Shown: positions 58,942 through 64,000 of the stretch, one piece after another
Layout: each line of letters starts with the position of its first letter
Position numbering within the stretch: position 1 is the stretch's first letter
Assembly: GCA_964588165.1 (NCBI GenBank)
Contig: CAZPMS010000002.1
Coordinates: 15,951 to 79,950, forward strand
Direction of reading: 5' to 3'
DNA length: 64,000 nt
Origin: an uncultured Gammaproteobacteria bacterium
GTDB taxonomy: Bacteria; Patescibacteriota; Patescibacteriia; UBA1558; UBA10009
Made by a program: the position numbers and the translations under genes
Notes under the pieces: model-generated
Seen by the model: only the letters and a program-made list of their open reading frames with translations
What the model was told of the DNA's origin: nothing
Database searches by the model: none

Positions 58942-59065
58942 ATTAGCATTATACATTATTTTAAAATATTGTCAAGAGCTAGAAAAGGGGCAAGTTTATA
59001 TTAAAATTTAGCTCATCAAACTAAAAGTAGAAGCTAAAATTTTTGTTAAATGGTTGGGTAATAAT

Positions 59066-59476
59066 TTATTTCACCTTATCTAAAACCGGTTTTATGTTTG
59101 GAGCCAAATCATCCGGCAGTTCATCAACCGGAAACCAGTTCCATTCTTCAATATCTTCTGCCGGTTTTATCTCACCGATTCGTTTAGCTAAATAGTGGAC
59201 TAAGATTATGTAACCGCCATCTTCTTTTTTATGCAAAAATATATCAATTAGTTTGGCAATTTCAATATCTATGCCCATTTCTTCTTTACATTCCCGTTTG
59301 GCAGTATCTTCTAAAGAAGCGTCAAAATCTTCCATTTCTCCGCCACAAAATTGCCATTTAGGATTAGGCTTTTTATCTGTTTTTTTGTGTTTGTTTAATA
59401 AAGTTTGGAGTTTCCCATCACGCTCTTCTATAATAACCGGTCCGGCTGCAATCAGGGAATTTGGTGGTAAGTTCAT
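59066..59476 (-). CDS. Nudix hydrolase
   Basis: WQFCGGEME...TAKRECKEEMG Nudix box. Confidence 0.88.
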   Translation of the reverse strand: MNLPPNSLIAAGPVIIEERDGKLQTLLNKHKKTDKKPNPKWQFCGGEMEDFDASLEDTAKRECKEEMGIDIEIAKLIDIFLHKKEDGGYIILVHYLAKRIGEIKPAEDIEEWNWFPVDELPDDLAPNIKPVLDKVK

Positions 59477-59487
59477 ATATTTATTAG

Positions 59488-61119
59488 TTAATCATTTTTA
59501 TTTAATGATTTTACCATATAAGTTTCTTGTAATCTATATCCCAATTTGCGGTAGTAGCCTCTTACGCCAATGCCAGAAATCACAGCTACTTTATTTAATC
59601 CATGTTTTAAAGTTAAGTCTTCAGCAATTTTCATCATGCGTTTGCCAAAACCGGTGTGCTGGACTTTAGCCTGTTTGGATTTAACCGGCACCAACTGCCC
59701 GTAAGTATGGACTTCTCTAACTAAAGAGGCATTTTTTAATTCCGGTAGAGCCGCGGCTAAACCCGCGTCTAAACGGTCGGGGTCGTTTATTCTGAATCTT
59801 AAAAAGGAATAAAGTTTATCACGTTTGGGTGATTCATAAGAAATAAAATATTCTATACCATCAGAAGCTTGATATTTTTCAGTAAACAGTTTGGCTTTTT
59901 TTATATCGTCTAAACTTTCTCTGGTTTCCCGGCAGCGCATGCACTTACATTTTAACTTTTGTTTTTTAAGTTCAGCTTGCAAGTACTGTCGTAAGTTTGT
60001 AATCTTATTTCCAGCTTCTATACTTTCTTTAGGGATATCACGAATTAGTCTGTTTATTCTAACGTAATATGGTACAGCCTGTTTTATTTTTAAAAGTAAG
60101 TTTAAAAGTTGTTTTTCTGAATAAGGTTTATATTTATCCGATTTATACCATTTGTAGAGTGGGGCGAATTTATTAACCACCGTAGGATAGATTTTTATTT
60201 GGTCGGGCTGGAATCGTTGATCAGAAAAAACAGTTTTAAACATTTTTAAATCCTTGGCTGGGGTGGAGCCTGGCAGGTCGGGCATTAAATGGTAGTCAAC
60301 CTTAAAACCGGCTGACTTTAATAGTTTAGTAGCTTTAGCTGTCTGTTCAACGGTATGTCCGCGTTTAACATATTTTAAAATTTTATCATCCAAATGTTGG
60401 ACGCCCATCTGAATTCTGGTACATCCCAGTTCCCTTAGCCTTTTTACTTCAGCTTCATTAATTAAATCTGGCCGGGTTTCTAAAGTCATGCCGATAATTC
60501 TATACTTGGCAGTCTCATTTATTTTTTGAGCCTCTTTTAAAGTTTTAGAAGTTTTGCCTGTCCTGAGCGAAGTCGAAGGGCGATTACATACATCAAAACA
60601 CTTTTTTATAAACCACTCTTGGTATTTATTGTCATAAGCAGACCAAGAACCGCCCAGTACCAACAGCTCAATTTTATCAACTGTATGGCCGTTAGCCTCC
60701 AAGGCTTTAATTCTCATTTTAGTTTGTTTGGCGGGGTCAAAATCCAAGGCTTTGGCCCGCTGGGCGGCCGGTTCATTAGAAAGGTAGCTTTTAGGCATGC
60801 CTGGCTCTAAAGGGCAGTAAACACAGTTGCCGGGGCAGAAAAACGGCTTAGTAAGCACTGTAACGGGAGTTACTCCAGAAAGAGTCCGGGTAATCCTTTT
60901 AATTAAGTACTGCCTTAACTTTTCTACTGTTTTATGGTTAAATTGGTTTAAGGTCTTTTTATCAAGTTTTTTAAAAGCTTCGATTAATTCAGAGTTAGGT
61001 GCTGGCGGAAGCTTATGCTGACCTGATAGCTTTTTCTTTAAGTACAAAAACTCGGCATAATTTTTGGGATCTGCCTTTAAAAGAGATAAAACGATTTCTT
61101 TATTGATAATTTTAGTCAT
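59488..61119 (-). CDS. elp3: Elp3 family tRNA U34 carboxymethyltransferase (radical SAM + GNAT)
   Basis: RTLSGVTPV, CPGNCVYCP, MPKSY, LETRPD, HLMPDLP, KIYPT, RLIRDIP, CRCRE-like CMRCRE, VREVHTYG, QHTGFG, VISGIGVRGYYRKLGY. Confidence 0.93.
   Translation of the reverse strand: MTKIINKEIVLSLLKADPKNYAEFLYLKKKLSGQHKLPPAPNSELIEAFKKLDKKTLNQFNHKTVEKLRQYLIKRITRTLSGVTPVTVLTKPFFCPGNCVYCPLEPGMPKSYLSNEPAAQRAKALDFDPAKQTKMRIKALEANGHTVDKIELLVLGGSWSAYDNKYQEWFIKKCFDVCNRPSTSLRTGKTSKTLKEAQKINETAKYRIIGMTLETRPDLINEAEVKRLRELGCTRIQMGVQHLDDKILKYVKRGHTVEQTAKATKLLKSAGFKVDYHLMPDLPGSTPAKDLKMFKTVFSDQRFQPDQIKIYPTVVNKFAPLYKWYKSDKYKPYSEKQLLNLLLKIKQAVPYYVRINRLIRDIPKESIEAGNKITNLRQYLQAELKKQKLKCKCMRCRETRESLDDIKKAKLFTEKYQASDGIEYFISYESPKRDKLYSFLRFRINDPDRLDAGLAAALPELKNASLVREVHTYGQLVPVKSKQAKVQHTGFGKRMMKIAEDLTLKHGLNKVAVISGIGVRGYYRKLGYRLQETYMVKSLNKND
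60557..60582. repeat. Palindrome family D, in frame inside elp3
   Basis: CCTGTCCTGAGCGAAGTCGAAGGGCG encodes RPSTSLRTG. Related copies at 21935-21962 and 22027-22048. Confidence 0.8.
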
Positions 61120-61828
61120 GAATAAATCAGAAAAAGTATTAAATCAGGTTAAAGATGGTTACAATAAAATTGCTGACCATTTTTCCAGCACCCGCCACGC
61201 TCCTTGGCAGGAATTTGAGCTGTTTGCTGATTATATCAAACCTGGCCAAAAAATTCTAGATCTGGCTTGTGGCAACGGTCGGTTGCATAAATATTTTAAG
61301 GATAAGAAACTGGAAGTTGATTATTCTGGTTTGGATAATTCAGAAAATTTAATTGATATCTGCCGTCAAAAATATCCAGAAATATCAGATAAGTTTAAAG
61401 TTGGTGGAATGACTAAGCTGCCGTATCAGGAAAATCAATTTGACGCAGTTATCTGCATTGGCAGTTTTCATCATTTACCAAGCAAGAAATTAAGACTCAA
61501 AACTTTATCAGAAGCTCGTAGGGTTTTAAAACCGGGCGGATATTTGCTTATGACCAATTGGCATTGGCAGCATTGGCCTTTTTGGAAACATTTTTTTAAT
61601 AATTTTTGGCAAAAAAACTCACCATTGGATTTCTTTTTTCCTTGGAAATCTGCTGATGGCCAAAAACAGTGCTTAAGATATTATCATGTATTTACTAAAA
61701 AGGAGTTAAAAAGTTTGCATAAAAAATCAGGTTTAAAAATAATTAAGCTTTTTCCTGATTTGGATACTCATAACAAAAAAGTTTACAAAAGAGGGGTTAA
61801 CATTGTGAGTATTGCTAAAAAAATATAA
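61118..61828 (+). CDS. Class I SAM methyltransferase, Trm9/ALKBH8-like (putative tRNA cm5U34 methyltransferase)
   Basis: YNKIADHFSSTRHAPW, LDLACGNGR, ICIGSFHHL, DFFFPWK, RYYHVF..EL. Confidence 0.8.
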   Translation: MNKSEKVLNQVKDGYNKIADHFSSTRHAPWQEFELFADYIKPGQKILDLACGNGRLHKYFKDKKLEVDYSGLDNSENLIDICRQKYPEISDKFKVGGMTKLPYQENQFDAVICIGSFHHLPSKKLRLKTLSEARRVLKPGGYLLMTNWHWQHWPFWKHFFNNFWQKNSPLDFFFPWKSADGQKQCLRYYHVFTKKELKSLHKKSGLKIIKLFPDLDTHNKKVYKRGVNIVSIAKKI

Positions 61829-61967
61829 TAAAAAAAGGCGCAAAAAAATTTGCGCCCTTAGTTTGACTGGTAAATATATTTCGGATATAGTTAAACCCGC
61901 AGAACGGAAAATGGAGCCTTGTATCTGGTGTGCAAATTAGATATTTTGGTTTCCAGCCGTTCTGCTT

Positions 61968-63305
61968 TTAGTTAAAGCAGACAGAGTTAAAGTAAGCGTC
62001 TCGTGCGCCGTGTACTACCGGCGATTTGCGAGCATGGAATTCCGCTCCTGCGAGTTTGCTTCCGAAAATATAGATACCGTATTTTGAAAATAGTTTGATG
62101 GTTTTTGTTCCGACCTCTGCATCAGCCACCAGCCGTTCTTCTACCACTTTGTAGACTTGCTGGACTATGCTGCCGGAGCTAATGGTTTCCATGGCATCTT
62201 GCCATTTTTTTTTGCCCATGGTTAAGCCAAGATACATCCGGCGGGCAGAAGAGCTGGCCGGATCTTTTATAACCCACTGTTTGCGTTCAAGTTCAGATAA
62301 GGCAATGTTGCCCTGACCATTTGGGAAATTAACAAAGCCGCTTTCAACCAAGCCAATGGGCACAAAGACATCATCCAATACCTGATAATCGTCTTGCAGA
62401 TACTCCCGGAAGATGGGCGAAAACTGTTCAAGACGGTAGAGGTACATCCAGACCTTGTTACCCAAAAACCTTCTAAAAAGGGGAGAAAGCACGCAGCGGT
62501 TTTGTGGGTAATTTTCTTTGAGAATGTTAAAGGCAGGGTCTCCTTCCTTGATCCTGCTTCTTAAAACTGCGGAAGGTTCACAGTTAAGCTGATCTGGCCC
62601 GATCATTTCGGCATTAAAACCACTGCCGAGCAAACACTTGTAAAGTGTTTGGAAGTTGTGCCAATCACCGTCAGTTGGGCGGGTAACCACTTTAAATGGC
62701 GTGGATTCACCGGGTAGGTTTTTGTCAGAGCACCATTCGTCAACACATTGTTTGATGATACTGGCAAAACTGCTGCCAATATCTGGACATAGTCCAAAGT
62801 CGTCGCCACAAGCGGCCTGGAAATTCATTAAGTCGCCAGCTCCAGCCGGCCGAGTGGAATTGATATCCATAACTTTAAAGCAGTCGCCGACCAATACAGC
62901 ATCTAGCCGGATAAAGGGATGAATAGTTTGGTAGCCGGGATCAGTTAATCCTTTGTCCCACTCTTCCTCAGTACACAGGCTTTTTATCAGCTCTGTATCT
63001 GGTGGATTAAGTTGCCCGGTTTTAGCCAGCCTAAATATTTCCAGTTGGGCGGCTAAAAGTTTGGGCCAGGCCCTGGCAACGGCCTTTAGCTGGCTCAGCT
63101 GTTCAGGGGTAAACTTTACCGGTTCAAGTACTGGTTGAATAACTTCTTCAACCATCTGGCCGGCGCTGGTTTCAATGATCCTAGTTGGTGAAGGATAGGG
63201 ATATCCTTTTCCGGTTAAGGCTTTAAACCTTTCCGGATGGTAGCGATACACCAAGTTGTTTTGCAGCAACTGCTGCAGCATTTCGTTAACCTGACTGTTC
63301 TTCAT
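61968..63305 (-). CDS. ATP-grasp ligase, glutathionylspermidine synthase / circularly permuted type
   Basis: FIRLD...FKVMDINSTRPAG, GNKVW, WVIKDPASSSAR, IVQQ. AGGAG SD before ATG 63305. Confidence 0.7.
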   Translation of the reverse strand: MKNSQVNEMLQQLLQNNLVYRYHPERFKALTGKGYPYPSPTRIIETSAGQMVEEVIQPVLEPVKFTPEQLSQLKAVARAWPKLLAAQLEIFRLAKTGQLNPPDTELIKSLCTEEEWDKGLTDPGYQTIHPFIRLDAVLVGDCFKVMDINSTRPAGAGDLMNFQAACGDDFGLCPDIGSSFASIIKQCVDEWCSDKNLPGESTPFKVVTRPTDGDWHNFQTLYKCLLGSGFNAEMIGPDQLNCEPSAVLRSRIKEGDPAFNILKENYPQNRCVLSPLFRRFLGNKVWMYLYRLEQFSPIFREYLQDDYQVLDDVFVPIGLVESGFVNFPNGQGNIALSELERKQWVIKDPASSSARRMYLGLTMGKKKWQDAMETISSGSIVQQVYKVVEERLVADAEVGTKTIKLFSKYGIYIFGSKLAGAEFHARKSPVVHGARDAYFNSVCFN

Positions 63306-63376
63306 GGCCGATCTCCTTTTGTTTACTTGGCCTTTTTTCAAAATACTTGTTGTAGTTGTAAATGAGCGAACTTTAT

Positions 63377-64000
63377 TTAAACGCCAAGACTGGCGATTTT
63401 GCTTCCGGTTCTTACCACTCCTTTTTCTAAGATAGTCATAATTATTCCGTTAGCAGGCGCCGTAATTTCTATTGGTTTAAAATCAGGCAATTGATAAATT
63501 ATACCTATGGGCTGGCCTGTTTTAATTTGATCCATAACTTTTACTTTGGCTTCAAATAATCCGGCAAAATTAGAATAGATAAATTTGGCTGAATATTGCT
63601 GGCAGATAATTTTATCACTAACTAAATCAGGATAGCTTTTAAAAATATTAATTATACCGTTGGTTACATCATCAACAGCTTTATTTTTAATCAGCTGGTA
63701 GTTAGGCATTTCAATAAAAACAGAGGGAATATTTATTTTATTTAATTGGCCATTTAAAGAACCTTTAAACTTAGAATCATTTTTTGAACCTTCATCGGTT
63801 TTCCAGACAATTTCCGGATTAAGCCCATTTAGTAATTTGTTAGTTTTTTTCTGAACAGGATCTTGGCTGGCGGAATAGCCTGCAATAAAAGGCGATTGCC
63901 TATTGGAAAATGTGTGCAGATCAATAACAAAATCTTGTTTTTGGCAAATTTCAAAAATATTATTAGCAAGTTTGGAGGTGAAGTCACCTTGTTGGCTACC
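63377..64000 (-). CDS. Succinylglutamate desuccinylase/aspartoacylase (M14) family protein (partial, 5' end off the window)
   Basis: Frame is open to the window edge: GSQQGDFTSKLANNIF...FVIDLHT...SVFIEM..., with a C-terminal barrel-sandwich-like GLF...TGQPIG...APANGII. Confidence 0.8.
   Translation of the reverse strand, partial: GSQQGDFTSKLANNIFEICQKQDFVIDLHTFSNRQSPFIAGYSASQDPVQKKTNKLLNGLNPEIVWKTDEGSKNDSKFKGSLNGQLNKINIPSVFIEMPNYQLIKNKAVDDVTNGIINIFKSYPDLVSDKIICQQYSAKFIYSNFAGLFEAKVKVMDQIKTGQPIGIIYQLPDFKPIEITAPANGIIMTILEKGVVRTGSKIASLGV

Noticed and set aside
598-60582. Possible CRISPR array from repeated palindromes
   Set aside because: Copies are dispersed, not regularly spaced with unique spacers, and no cas genes are present.
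61064-61117. Upstream TTG start for the methyltransferase given by the ORF track
   Set aside because: The extension is antisense to the elp3 N-terminus and lacks family similarity. ATG 61118 fits the Trm9-like N-terminus.

Overview
AT-rich bacterial chromosome segment, standard genetic code, with the gene content typical of a CPR/Patescibacteria (Parcubacteria-like) genome. The taxon is inferred from gene families and the mostly Shine-Dalgarno-less housekeeping genes. It carries housekeeping genes (rnc, nusB, rpmF, tsaD, tsaE, valS, ftsH, rpsA, gyrA, ruvB, queH, queA, ychF, uvrD/pcrA, glyA), tRNA-Glu(UUC), a T-box leader, nucleoside-salvage enzymes, a PilB/GspE ATPase, a WxL/cohesin/dockerin-like surface cluster and scattered orphan genes with their own promoters. 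No CRISPR array, rRNA, integrase or transposase is visible. The best candidate for a new system is an Elp3 radical-SAM/GNAT gene placed head-to-head, with start codons sharing one CATG, against a Trm9/ALKBH8-like methyltransferase. This suggests a eukaryote/archaea-type mcm5U34 tRNA wobble pathway in a bacterium. Other highlights: at least five families of short palindromic elements that have entered intergenic DNA, a T-box RNA and, in frame, core genes; a full histidine-phosphatase domain inside ValRS; a NusB-Nudix fusion; an H-type pseudoknot leader on rpsA; two promoter-plus-terminator units that look like ncRNAs; and translin plus an exonuclease-WYL fusion near UvrD. All family calls come from motif recognition by eye, not database searches.
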